DNA from: an uncultured Phycisphaerales bacterium
GTDB lineage: Bacteria; Planctomycetota; Phycisphaerae; Tepidisphaerales; Tepidisphaeraceae
Direction: 5' to 3'
NCBI GenBank assembly: GCA_963844715.1
Contig: CAWJPJ010000007.1
Location: 1,216,001 to 1,280,000, forward strand
Length of the DNA: 64,000 nt
Shown: positions 1-9,640 of the stretch, one piece after another
Layout of the letters: each line of letters starts with the position of its first letter
How positions within the stretch are numbered: position 1 is the first letter of the stretch
Notes under the pieces: generated by a model
Told to the model about the DNA's origin: nothing
Seen by the model: only the letters and a program-made list of their open reading frames with translations
Database searches by the model: none
Position numbers and translations under genes: made by a program

Positions 1-435
1 GCCGCCAAGACCGGCGTCCTGGCGAGCTACCCGCTTATCAACTGCAAAGTCACCCTCGTCGACGGCAGCTATCACGCCGTCGACAGCTCGCAGATCGCCT
101 TCGAACTGGCTGGCCAGCTCGCCTTCCGCGAAGCCTGTACCAAGGCCGGCCTCACTCTCCTCGAGCCGATCATGAAGGTCGTCGTCACCACTCCCGAGGA
201 ATTCGTGGGTAACGTCACCGGCGATCTCAATCGCCGCCGCGGGCTCATCGTCAACAGCGATCAGCGCGGCAACACCCGCGTCGTTGAAGCCGAGGTCCCT
301 CTTAGCGAAATGTTCGGTTACACCACCGAATTGCGTTCGATGAGCACCGGCCGGGCCAGCTCGGTCATGGAACCCCTCCGCTACGCCCCGGTCCCCGCCA
401 ACGTCAAGGCGGCGATCCTTCAGGAAGTCGGTTGA
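1..435 (+). CDS. fusA: Elongation factor G, C-terminal part (truncated by window edge)
   Basis: Frame from base 1 reads GVLASYPLINCKVTLVDGSYHAVDSSQIAF...LLEPIMKVVVTTPEEFVGNVTGDLNRRRG...VPLSEMFGYTTELRSMSTGRA, matching EF-G domains IV-V. Confidence 0.95.
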   Translation, partial: AAKTGVLASYPLINCKVTLVDGSYHAVDSSQIAFELAGQLAFREACTKAGLTLLEPIMKVVVTTPEEFVGNVTGDLNRRRGLIVNSDQRGNTRVVEAEVPLSEMFGYTTELRSMSTGRASSVMEPLRYAPVPANVKAAILQEVG

Positions 436-454
436 TCCTCACAGGAAAAACAAG

Positions 455-492
455 AAAGCCCCGGGAGACGCATTCGCTCTCCCGGGGCTTTT
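455..492. terminator. Bidirectional intrinsic terminator
   Basis: AAAGCCCCGGGAGA-9 nt loop-TCTCCCGGGGCTTT perfect stem with A/T tails, between convergent ORFs. Confidence 0.85.
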
Positions 493-510
493 GATTTGCC
501 TCAAGACCGC

Positions 511-1011
511 TTAGGTCGGACTTTCGCACCACCCGTCAACGGCGGCCGGCCCGTATCCGGGCTTCATTGCCTGGCCCTTATATCGAAAGTTGGACAGCAA
601 CTCCCCACCGCGAACATTGATCGGCGAAGAGGCCCCTGTATATGGATGAAGCACATTGTTCGCGATGGTGCCGCGAAGCAACGTGAAGTCCCGCTCGCCC
701 GCCGCCGTTGACACCGCCACAAAACCCACCGCGCCGGACGGCGAAAAATCGACAATCTCAGACCTGCTCAGCGCAGGCCAATGCACGATATTCGCGTCGG
801 TGAATTCGCCCGCCGCGACGGAAGTGCTTTCGATCAGTGCCGCACCGCCGGAATAATCATCCGCCCGGGGCCGCGAAAGTGCGCCGGCCATGAATCGCCC
901 GCCGGCAAGAAGGGGGGTAAGAATTGTCACACCGGGAACGAGAATCGCTCCGGGAATCATTCTCCGTTTATGTCCACCAGGGCCGGTACCAGCAGGATCC
1001 ACAACACACAT
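511..1011 (-). CDS. Hypothetical protein (start uncertain)
   Basis: ORF fills the gap between the GH28 gene and the terminator; no recognised motif. Confidence 0.35.
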   Translation of the reverse strand: MCVVDPAGTGPGGHKRRMIPGAILVPGVTILTPLLAGGRFMAGALSRPRADDYSGGAALIESTSVAAGEFTDANIVHWPALSRSEIVDFSPSGAVGFVAVSTAAGERDFTLLRGTIANNVLHPYTGASSPINVRGGELLSNFRYKGQAMKPGYGPAAVDGWCESPT

Positions 1012-1054
1012 CCTTCTGCTTTCGCATTCATAGGCCCGCCCCTATCATTTCGAT

Positions 1055-2617
1055 TTAGTCGGACTTCTTCTTCGCCCGTCGGCGCCGCATCAGGGCCATC
1101 GCCGAACCGACGAGCGCCAGGGACGCCGTCGACGGCTCGGGCACCACGCCCAGCGAGAGATCGACGATATTCGACGATTCCCAGACCGAGAACGTGCCGC
1201 TGTTGCTGGTGGTTCCGTTCCAATAGACCAATTTGCCCGGATTGCTTCCGCCCGTGTCGCTCCCGCCGATATTCGTGCTGTTTGGCGAGGTGAAAGTCCC
1301 GAATTGCTGGCCGGTGCCAACGTTGATGCTCCAGTTGCCCGTGAACGAGATCGGCGCCGTGCTCGTCCCGGCAAACGCCAGGGACATCCCGTGATACGCC
1401 GACAGGCTCACATTGCTGAACGTCACATTTTGAATGATCGACTTGGGCAGCCCATACAACAATCCCGCGACCGAACTTGTGTAGTTCGTCACCGTCGTGC
1501 TGGTCCAACTGCTGGTGATGTTGTTAAAAGTGATGTTCTGCCAGACCGGAAGCGTGTTCGTGCTGGTCGCGCTATTGGCGTTGGACGGAAATCCGTTCCC
1601 GCTGCCGTTATACCAGCTTGAAATATAAACCGGATAAAACACGTTGGTCATCGTCACGTTGTTGTAACTGAGATTCTGAATCGTGCCGCCAACGCTCTGA
1701 TTGCTCTTCAGCCTGAAGCCGCAAACCGTTCCATTGAACGTGATGTTATTGACGTAAAGATTGTTAACCCCCAGCGAGGTGATGCTGCCGATCGATACGC
1801 CGTGGCCCAATCCGATCGACATGTTCGTGATCGCGATATTCGTATCGGCCGAATTGCTGCTGTCGGCGTTCAACGCAATATCATCGTCACCCGTCGAAAT
1901 CGTCGAGTTGGTGATTAAAAAGTTGTTGCCGTTCGGATCAATGCCCACCGTGTTGGGTGATACCGCCGGCGCGTTGATGTTGATATTGTTGATCGTGACA
2001 TCATTCGTCTGCGTCCCGCCGAACGTGAGAAATTCCTTCGGCGAATTATAGAACGTAACGCCACTGATCAAGAACGTGCGCGCGTTCGAGAATTGGAGCA
2101 GGTCGGGCGCCGCATTGGTGTCCCCCCACCAGTCGTTCGTTCCGATACCTCCCTCACCATCGATGCTCCCAGATCCCGTGATTTCCGAATTCTTCGGATT
2201 GTTCCAATTAATATATTCCGATGACCCGCTCCAGTTGACGTCATTCTGGTTCGTCGGCGCGACGAGTTGGCCGTTGATCTCAAAATCCGCGTTGGAGGCG
2301 CTGATCGTAAGCGGGTTTACATCCCAAGTGCCGCTTGGAATGATGACCGTCCCTCCGGCACTGGGCAAAGATGTAAATGCGTTTTGAATAGCGAGCTGAT
2401 TCGCACCCGCGTTGGATTGCCCGGAACTGAGACTCACAGTAATCGAAGTAGTGCCGGTAATGTTGGGCAGCGGTGGCGATGCAGGATCCCCGGCAAGCGC
2501 GACAGCTGCAGCCATGGATGGCACGAGCAAAAATACCGCACCTGCCACTGCCTTCTGAATTGCCTGCTGTGGGGATACTTTACGACCGCTACCCCGGTCA
2601 GACCGGGAAACGCACAT
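1055..2617 (-). CDS. GH28 polygalacturonase-like beta-helix protein with C-terminal PEP-CTERM sorting signal
   Basis: Motifs NT(V)GID, GDDDIA, GHGVSIGS and FRLKS; Asn/Thr-rich beta-helix repeats; N-terminal hydrophobic signal; C-terminus VPEPSTASLALVGSAMALMRRRR. Confidence 0.88.
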   Translation of the reverse strand: MCVSRSDRGSGRKVSPQQAIQKAVAGAVFLLVPSMAAAVALAGDPASPPLPNITGTTSITVSLSSGQSNAGANQLAIQNAFTSLPSAGGTVIIPSGTWDVNPLTISASNADFEINGQLVAPTNQNDVNWSGSSEYINWNNPKNSEITGSGSIDGEGGIGTNDWWGDTNAAPDLLQFSNARTFLISGVTFYNSPKEFLTFGGTQTNDVTINNININAPAVSPNTVGIDPNGNNFLITNSTISTGDDDIALNADSSNSADTNIAITNMSIGLGHGVSIGSITSLGVNNLYVNNITFNGTVCGFRLKSNQSVGGTIQNLSYNNVTMTNVFYPVYISSWYNGSGNGFPSNANSATSTNTLPVWQNITFNNITSSWTSTTVTNYTSSVAGLLYGLPKSIIQNVTFSNVSLSAYHGMSLAFAGTSTAPISFTGNWSINVGTGQQFGTFTSPNSTNIGGSDTGGSNPGKLVYWNGTTSNSGTFSVWESSNIVDLSLGVVPEPSTASLALVGSAMALMRRRRAKKKSD

Positions 2618-2808
2618 GGGCTTTCTCCTCGCCTCCGCCCTACCAGGTCGGCAGGCCCGGCCTCTCCGCCTAAGCCTGCACGAACCGAATTATGGCGTAC
2701 CTCTTACGAACGGTCAAGAAAATAACCTATGAAATGCAGTGCATTAGCGGATAAGCACTAAAGTGCAATAAGAAGTTATAAAATCTGACCTTAGCGTGAC
2801 AATTATTG

Positions 2809-5385
2809 TTAATTATTGGGGTCCCGCGGCCCCCCCGCGCCGTCCTCTGAGGCAACAGTTTGCCATTGTTCGATTTCCGCGATCGTCTGCTCCTCACGAA
2901 CCGCCCCCGCGGTGTTTCCAGATCGCTCATAAATATCCGCCAACAGCCGATGCGCCTCCTTGTCATACGGCGCAATATAAACCGCCTGTAACGCCCTCGC
3001 CGCCGCCTGGTCCAACTCGTCGTGATCCCGATAGATCCGCGCCGCTCCCTTCGCGTACATATTGTTGTTCAATTCCACCCGCGCAAGAATGTCCAATTGC
3101 TCCGCCGCCTTCAACGGCTCGTTGACCTCCTTCGTGCCATACAGCCCCGCAAGTCGCTGATGCGGCAACACATCCATCGGCCTGATCTTCACGATCTCCT
3201 CAAACACCGGCGCCGCCGCCGCGTATTCGTGCTCATGAATCAGATCTTCCCCCTGTTCCCTCAGCGCTTGATACTTCTTGTCCGTAGCCGGGTCATATCC
3301 CCAGCTCGACACCTGCCCCTCGCACCATGCGCGAAATCCCGAAAAGAATGTCCCCTGGTCCATCTTGAGCGCATTGGTAAAAACTTCATCCTGCGTCCGC
3401 CCGGCCCGAAATTCCGCAATCATCCTCAATATCGCGCCATGCCCGTACGTCTCCTCGATATATTGGCAAATCCAGCTCGACTCCGCGTACGCCAATTGCC
3501 GGTCGATCGGCCGCCGCGGCCGCACAAACGCCCACGTCAACGAATCCAGATCAAACATCTCATTATGCGTCACCGCCCGATACAGCATCGGAACCCATTC
3601 CCATCGCACAGGCGTATGCTCCTCCTGAACCGCGAGCCCTTCCGTAAACCACAGCGGAATCCGATTTTCCGTCGCCCCCAGCGTCACCGTGTGCGTGAAT
3701 TCATGCCGCAAAACCTGCGTAAAATTGAACGTCCCCAGCGTCATCGCCCCCTTGCGCGGCGAAACCAGCGCGATTACCCGTCCCGTGCTGGCACCCACCG
3801 TTGCGATCCACGGCGACCCCGTCGTCCGCACCGAAAATGCATCGTGCGTCGGGAACACCTCGATCATCGTCTTCACCTTCGGCTCGTAGTTAAACGCCCC
3901 GCACACCTGCGGATAAACGCTCTCCAGATAGTCGCTGAAATATTCTGGAATGATCGGGTCCTGCTTCGCGTCATACATCACGATGAAATGCGCCGATTCC
4001 TTCGCGCAAACCCGTCCATCATGTCCAGCAGACGCAAATAGTTCGTTGTCTGCACGTTGAACGGATCCAGCGAATGCGCCGCTTCCAGCACCACCCGCGC
4101 CGAATCCTCATCCCCGCTTTGCGTGTAAAGAAGCCCCAGCCCGTTGCGCGCCGCCGCCCACCACGGCGCGCGATCCACGGCGATTTTGTACATCGCCGCC
4201 GACCGCGGATATTGCCGCATCGCCGCCAGTTGCTCCGCCACTTCGAAATATGCCGTTGCGCTGTTCGGCTGTAGCGCGTCGGCCTCTTTGAGATATTCCG
4301 CCGCCCGATCGTCCTTTAAAAGCAGAGATTGCGCTCCCGCCATCAATCCCAGCGCCTCAATGCTTTTCGGTCGCCGCTTCAGCACATCCTCCAGCAGAGG
4401 CAGCGCCGATTTCGGGGCCCGCTGCGCCAACAAATTCCGCGCCTGGAGCAGTTCCGCATCGATCGAATCCGGGTCGATCTTTCGAATTTCCGCCGCCGCA
4501 TGATCGGCCGCGTCAAAATTGAACTGCATGAGCGCGATCTTTCCCGTCAGCGCCCACGATCGGACGTCCGCCGGGTTCAGCCCCATCGCGCTGTCCAATT
4601 CCTCGATCGCCCCCTTCGGATCGTCGTGCAGCAGCAGGTATTCCGCCGCCGCCTCATGCGCCGGCCAGTAGTCCCGATCGATCAGGTCATACGCCCGCAC
4701 AAACATGCTCATCACCAGATCATGAAGCGATCGCTGCGTCTGGTACGTCATCGTCAGCGTCGCCCACCGATCGATCGCACGCCCGATGATCGTCACCTCC
4801 TCCGCGTCGTCGAACGTTTCCGGATGGCTGATCCATTGCTGCAAATAATTGTGCGGATCGGTCACGAACCACGCATACGCCCCCTTGGCGCCATCAAAAT
4901 CCCCCGCCTTTTCCAGGCAATCACCCAGGTAGTAATGCGGAGCAATCAGATCCGAATCCGTCGAAATCGACCTTTCGCAGCACGCCAATCGCGCCTTCAT
5001 AATCCGCCTCTGCCGCCAGAACTCTCGCCCGAAGCGTCTGCACCCCGGGGTCCGGCAGCGTCAATCCCGCCAGCGCCTCGTCATATCGCCCCAGTTCCAG
5101 CCGAGCTTGCCCACCAATCAGCGCCGCGTCGATCGGCTTGCCATTTCCCGCCAGTTCCAAAGCCACCAGCGCCCGTCGATATTGCCCCGCCTCCACCTGC
5201 AATCGAGCTTTTTCCAGCAGATTATTTTTATCGTAATCAGGATATTCCGGTTCCGGCGCATCCTCCGGCAGCAGGGGGGCAAGCCATTTCCCCGGAATCG
5301 TCTGGTCCTCGATCTCCCCGCCCCGCGCACCCGCGCAGGCCACGGCGACACACAACCCCGCCAGAAGGGTCGTCACTCGTTTCAT
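2809..5385 (-). CDS. Secreted TPR protein with peptidase MA-like zinc metalloprotease domain (split by ~2 frameshifts)
   Basis: Signal peptide MKRVTTLLAGLCVAVACAG; TPR repeats; VLRHEFTH...WFTEGLA (HEXXH plus E); consecutive ORFs 4921-5412, 3978-5000 and 2809-3981. Confidence 0.8.
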
Positions 5386-5437
5386 CGCCGGATTCCCGAA
5401 TGAGAGTTCCACGTTCCGCGGCTATTATAGCCGATAC

Positions 5438-6598
5438 ATGAGCACATTGACCGAACTGATCGGGAATGCCGATGCCTTTCCGATCCTTCGCCATCTGCAA
5501 TTTTTCAATCACGCCGGCGTCGCCCCGCTGCCCCACGCTGCCGCGCGAAGCGTTTCGCGTCTACGCCCGCCAGGCCGAAGCCGCCGCGTATCTCGGCTCC
5601 AACTGGTACCAGGACATCGAAAAACTTCGCCAAAGCTCCGCCGCTCTTCTCAATGCCCATCGCGATGAAATCGCCTTCGTCAAAAATACCAGCGAAGGGA
5701 TCAGCATCGTCGCCAACGGACTCGAATGGCAGTTCGGCGATAAGATCGTCACCACCGCCGTCGAATATCCCGCCAACATCTATCCATGGATGGAGACCGT
5801 CCGCGGCCGCGGCGTCAAACTCATCTTGGTCCCCGAGGAGGATTTCCGAGACGGCGCCCGCCACGTCCCGCTGGAAAAAATACTCGAAGCAGCCTCCGAT
5901 CCCCGCACCCGCCTCGTCGCCCTATCCCACGTCGAATTCGCCAGCGGCCAGCGCCACGACCTGGCCAAAATCGGCCAATTCTGCGGCGAACGCAAAATCC
6001 GCTTCTGCGTTGACGGCATCCAATCGCTCGGCGTCTTCCCCGTCGACGTCAAGGCCATGCAAATCGACTTCCTCTCCGCCGACGGCCACAAATGGCTCCT
6101 CGGCCCCGAAGGCGCCGGCATATTCTATTGCCGCCGCGAACTCCTCGAACACATCCGCCCCCTCATGATCGGCTGGATGAATGTCGTCAACGCCCAGGAA
6201 TTCGGCAACTACGACTACACCCTCCGCCCCGACGCGGCCGATTCGAGTGTGGCAGCTACAACGTCCCCGGACTCCTCGCCCTCAAAGCCTCTCTCGATCT
6301 CTTGCAATCCGTGGGAATCGAGCAAATCTCAAAGCGCCTCAAACTCCTCACCGACATCCTCATCGACGGCCTGCGAAAAAAAGGCTACCGCGTCATCAGC
6401 CCCCGCGACGCCGACCACTGGAGCGGCATCGTCAGCTTCGCCTCCCCCAGCCATAGTCACGACGAAATATTCGTCGATCTGCGCAAGCACCATCAGACCG
6501 AAATCGCCGTCCGCGAAGGCCGCCTCCGCTGCTCACCACATTTCTATAACACCGAAGCGCAGATCGAAAAACTGATCGAGCTCCTCCCGCCTCACTAG
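5438..6598 (+). CDS. PLP-dependent aminotransferase class V / cysteine desulfurase-like enzyme (frameshifted ~5535 and ~6237)
   Basis: FFNHAGVAPLP, NTSEGIS, VDGIQSLG, SADGHKWLLGPEGAG (PLP lysine), LRCSPHFYNT. Confidence 0.88.
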
Positions 6599-6628
6599 TG
6601 GGTTTCAGCGTCGTCCGCTTCCCTCTTT

Positions 6629-6669
6629 CCCCCTCTCCTGTACCCAGGGGGAGGGCTGGGGTGGGGGTT
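6629..6669 (-). repeat. REP-like palindromic repeat, copy A (left flank of DUF559 gene)
   Basis: Reverse complement AACCCCCACCCCAGCCCTCCCCCTGGGTACAGGAGAGGG; matches copies at 7071, 47525, 61841 and 61902. Confidence 0.85.
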
Positions 6670-6705
6670 CTTGACACGACCGGGAAATGCGCAAATCCTA
6701 CCGCC

Positions 6706-7072
6706 ATGCTCGGACGTCACGACGCGTCGCCGCGTCTTAAAACCCTCGCGCAAACCTTCGCGCCCAATCCACAGACGCCGAGCGAAAACTCTGGAGTCTC
6801 CTCCGAGGCGAACAATTACAAGGCCTTCAATTCCGGCGTCAGCACCCGATCGCGGGATATATCGTCGATTTCGTCTGCCTCAAGGGGAATCTGGTCGTCG
6901 AGTTAGATGGCGGGCAGCACACCGATCCGCAAGCTGCGACACACGACGCCGAGCGAACGCGACGATTGGAAGAACTCGGGCCTCGTGCGTCTTGCGGGTT
7001 CCAGACAATGAGATGTCGAAGGATCCAAAGGCGGTTCTGAGAACGATTCTTCGCCAGTTGGAAAGGCAATAA
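6706..7072 (+). CDS. DUF559 / Vsr-like endonuclease domain protein (frameshifted ~6765 and ~6985; not intact in the ORF track)
   Basis: Manual translation across shifts gives STDAERKLWSLLRGEQLQGLQFRRQHPIAGYIVDFVCLKGNLVVELDGGQH...HDAERTRRLEELG...LRVPDNE, the DUF559 FRRQ/VDF/ELDGxxH signature. Confidence 0.85.
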
Positions 7073-7111
7073 CCCCCACCCTAAGCCTCCCCCTGAGTAC
7101 AGGGAGAGGGG
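7071..7111 (+). repeat. REP-like palindromic repeat, copy B (right flank of DUF559 gene, inverted relative to A)
   Basis: AACCCCCACCCTAAGCCTCCCCCTGAGTACAGGGAGAGGGG, starting within the stop codon. Confidence 0.85.
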
Positions 7112-7112
7112 A

Positions 7113-8291
7113 TCAGAGACCCCATCCCATATAGTCACTCAACCCCGCCAGCACCAAATCCACCGATTTCTCCGCGCAATAGTAAACCGGACTCTGCGGA
7201 TTCAGGTATTCATCGATCCGATCGCCATCCAGAGTCACATTGCCCACTGATGCCCAATTCATTTGCGGGGCATCCAGCCCATTCCCCTCCAACAACGGCT
7301 TGCTCGACCTTACGATCCAGACTCGATCCGCCAGATTCTCCGCAAAAAAACTCCGCGCCAGCGACGGCCCCGAATCCACCAGCAGATGCACGATCGATCT
7401 CCCTCCCAAATCATCCAAAAGGTGAGTCAAGGAAAGACTCGCCGGTTTTTGCACAGGCGCATTCTCCCGCAACACCGCGACTTCCACGCCTCGCGCCCCC
7501 AGCGCCGCGACCGCCGCATGCCGCTGCCGGTAAACCGACTCGCCGCAATACACCAGCACCGGCCCTTCGCTCGTCGTCCGCGCCAGGTGGCTGTTCGGAT
7601 CAGCCGCAAATCGTGATCCAGCACAATTCGCAGCGGCTGCTTTTTGCACGGCGACCGACCGCGCCATCAGAAGTGGATCATCCGCCAGCGCCGTCCCGAT
7701 CCCAACCAGAATCGCATCACACCTTGCCCGCAACCCGTGAATCACATTGGTCGATGTTGGATTGCTGATCTGAATGCGTCTTCCCGCCGCCCCCGCGACC
7801 TTCCGATCCGCCGTCTGCGCCCATTTCAACGTCACATACGGCCGCCGATGCTCCATCCGCTTGAAAAACGCGGCGTTCAATTGCCGGCACGCCGCCCCCA
7901 GAACTTCCGCCTGTGCGTGGATCCCCGCTTCGCGAAGCTGATCCATTCCTCGCCCGGCAATCATCGGATTCGGATCCAGACATCCCGCCGCCACGCGTTT
8001 CAGCCGAGCCCGAATCAGCAACGGCACGCAAGGCGGAGTCTTTTTCTCTAAATGACAACAAGGCTCCAGCGTCACATACGCCGTCGCGCCCGCCGCCTCC
8101 ACCAGACAGCCCGCCAGCGCACCGCGGCTCCGCATGCGGCCCCCCAATTCCGCGTGGAATCCTTCCCCCAGAACCTTCCCCTCCTTGACGATCACGCACC
8201 CAACCATCGGATTCGGCTCCACCGCCCCGCGCCCGCGCATCGCCAGCGCGATCGCCCGCCTCATCCATGTCTGGTCATGTTCTCGTTCCAT
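7113..8291 (-). CDS. ribD: Riboflavin biosynthesis bifunctional deaminase/reductase (local compensating frameshifts)
   Basis: MRRAIALA..GRGAVEPNPMVGCVIVK, YVTLEPCCH..KTPPC, PYVTLKWAQTAD, CDAILVGIGTALADDP. Confidence 0.93.
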   Translation of the reverse strand: MEREHDQTWMRRAIALAMRGRGAVEPNPMVGCVIVKEGKVLGEGFHAELGGRMRSRGALAGCLVEAAGATAYVTLEPCCHLEKKTPPCVPLLIRARLKRVAAGCLDPNPMIAGRGMDQLREAGIHAQAEVLGAACRQLNAAFFKRMEHRRPYVTLKWAQTADRKVAGAAGRRIQISNPTSTNVIHGLRARCDAILVGIGTALADDPLLMARSVAVQKAAAANCAGSRFAADPNSHLARTTSEGPVLVYCGESVYRQRHAAVAALGARGVEVAVLRENAPVQKPASLSLTHLLDDLGGRSIVHLLVDSGPSLARSFFAENLADRVWIVRSSKPLLEGNGLDAPQMNWASVGNVTLDGDRIDEYLNPQSPVYYCAEKSVDLVLAGLSDYMGWGL

Positions 8292-8866
8292 CCGGGGCAT
8301 GCCCTTTCGACTCATCCATTTTATCCCCTCCAACGGCGCCGTAGCGGGCACGAGCAAGACTATGCAAAATCATGATCCCCACCCCAATGCACAATAGGCT
8401 GTCCGCCACGTTAAATATCCACGGAAACAGCCCCGGCCATCGCGGCAGGGCATGAATCATGTCCCGCACGTAGCCAAATCGCACCCGGTCATAAAGATTT
8501 CCCAGCACGCCCGCCAATAGCATCCCCAATACGATCTGGTATCCCCACCTTTTTCCGCTTCCTGAAAAAAGAAAGATCAAAAACGCCGCCGCCCCGACCG
8601 ATGCCGTAATAAAAAGATACCGCTGCCCCTGCCCAAGCCCGAATACCGCCCCTTGATTCGCCGTGACTTCAAAATGTATCCATCCCGGAATGAATCGATA
8701 CGGCTCCTCCGCGTACGCACGCACGCGCCCGTTCGGCAAACGTCACCACTTCAATTGCCAATTTCTGAAATGCCAGATGCTTCGTCCAGAGGTCCAACCC
8801 CACGCCCGCCGCCGCGGTCAAGAAAAATCGGCACAGAGCAGCGGGAGAACGCAAGGCGGAATGCAT
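8275..8866 (-). CDS. lspA: Lipoprotein signal peptidase II (frameshift ~8735)
   Basis: LDLWTK, NQGAVFG, GVLGNLYDR, VRDMI, FNVADSLL. Confidence 0.92.
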
Positions 8867-8872
8867 AAGGGC

Positions 8873-9472
8873 CTATCGCAGTCGCCCTTCCAATTTTCGG
8901 GCATGCTCAATCGAAAACCGCGCCCAAGGTTGCGCTTCCAGCCGGGCCTTGCTGATCGGCTTCCCCGTCCCCTCGCAAATCCCGTAAGTTCCGTTCTGAA
9001 TCTTCGCCAGCGCGTCGTTCAAATCGCGCAAAAGCTTCCGGTCCTTTTCCACCAGCCCCAGCGTGAATTCTTGTTCGTAATTGTCCGTCCCCATGTCCGC
9101 CATGTGCAGCGGAAGGTTCGAGAGGTTCGTCCCGCTCGTCCGCAGCGCTTCCCGCTCCATCGAACTCATATCGCCGACGATTTCCCGCCGCTTGGCCAGG
9201 ATCATGTCGCGGTAAAATTCCAGTTCCTTCGACGTCAATCCCGCCTGGTTCTTGCGCGGCTTCCCATCCGTCGGCACCGGAACCGGAACCGGCATCGCCG
9301 GCGCGGGCGGCTCCAAGACGCGCATCGCTTTCTTCGGCGCCGGCAGCGGCGGACGCTTCTCCGCCTTCACCGCTATCACTTCCGATTTACGCGCGATAAC
9401 CGGCGCTTTGGTCTTCGCTTTCTCCACAACCGGCCGCTTTACTGGCGCCTTTTTGCTTGTTGATTTCGCCAC
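8873..9472 (-). CDS. dksA: TraR/DksA family transcription regulator with Lys/Ala/Pro-rich N-terminus
   Basis: HMADMGTD coiled-coil tip; ALAKIQNGTYGICEGTGKPISKARLEAQPWA. Confidence 0.85.
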   Translation of the reverse strand: MAKSTSKKAPVKRPVVEKAKTKAPVIARKSEVIAVKAEKRPPLPAPKKAMRVLEPPAPAMPVPVPVPTDGKPRKNQAGLTSKELEFYRDMILAKRREIVGDMSSMEREALRTSGTNLSNLPLHMADMGTDNYEQEFTLGLVEKDRKLLRDLNDALAKIQNGTYGICEGTGKPISKARLEAQPWARFSIEHARKLEGRLR

Positions 9473-9640
9473 TAATCTTTCCTCTGCCTGGGCCGCTAAT
9501 GTCCCTTCGGTACGCCACTGGCGGGACCTTTTCCCCGTACCGCGACCAAAGGCGGTTCAAAATACGTCACACGCCGCCAACCTGTCAAGCCGCCGGTCGC
9601 GGTCTGGAACCTCGCCCCTCCCGGCGTTATGAATAGCCCC

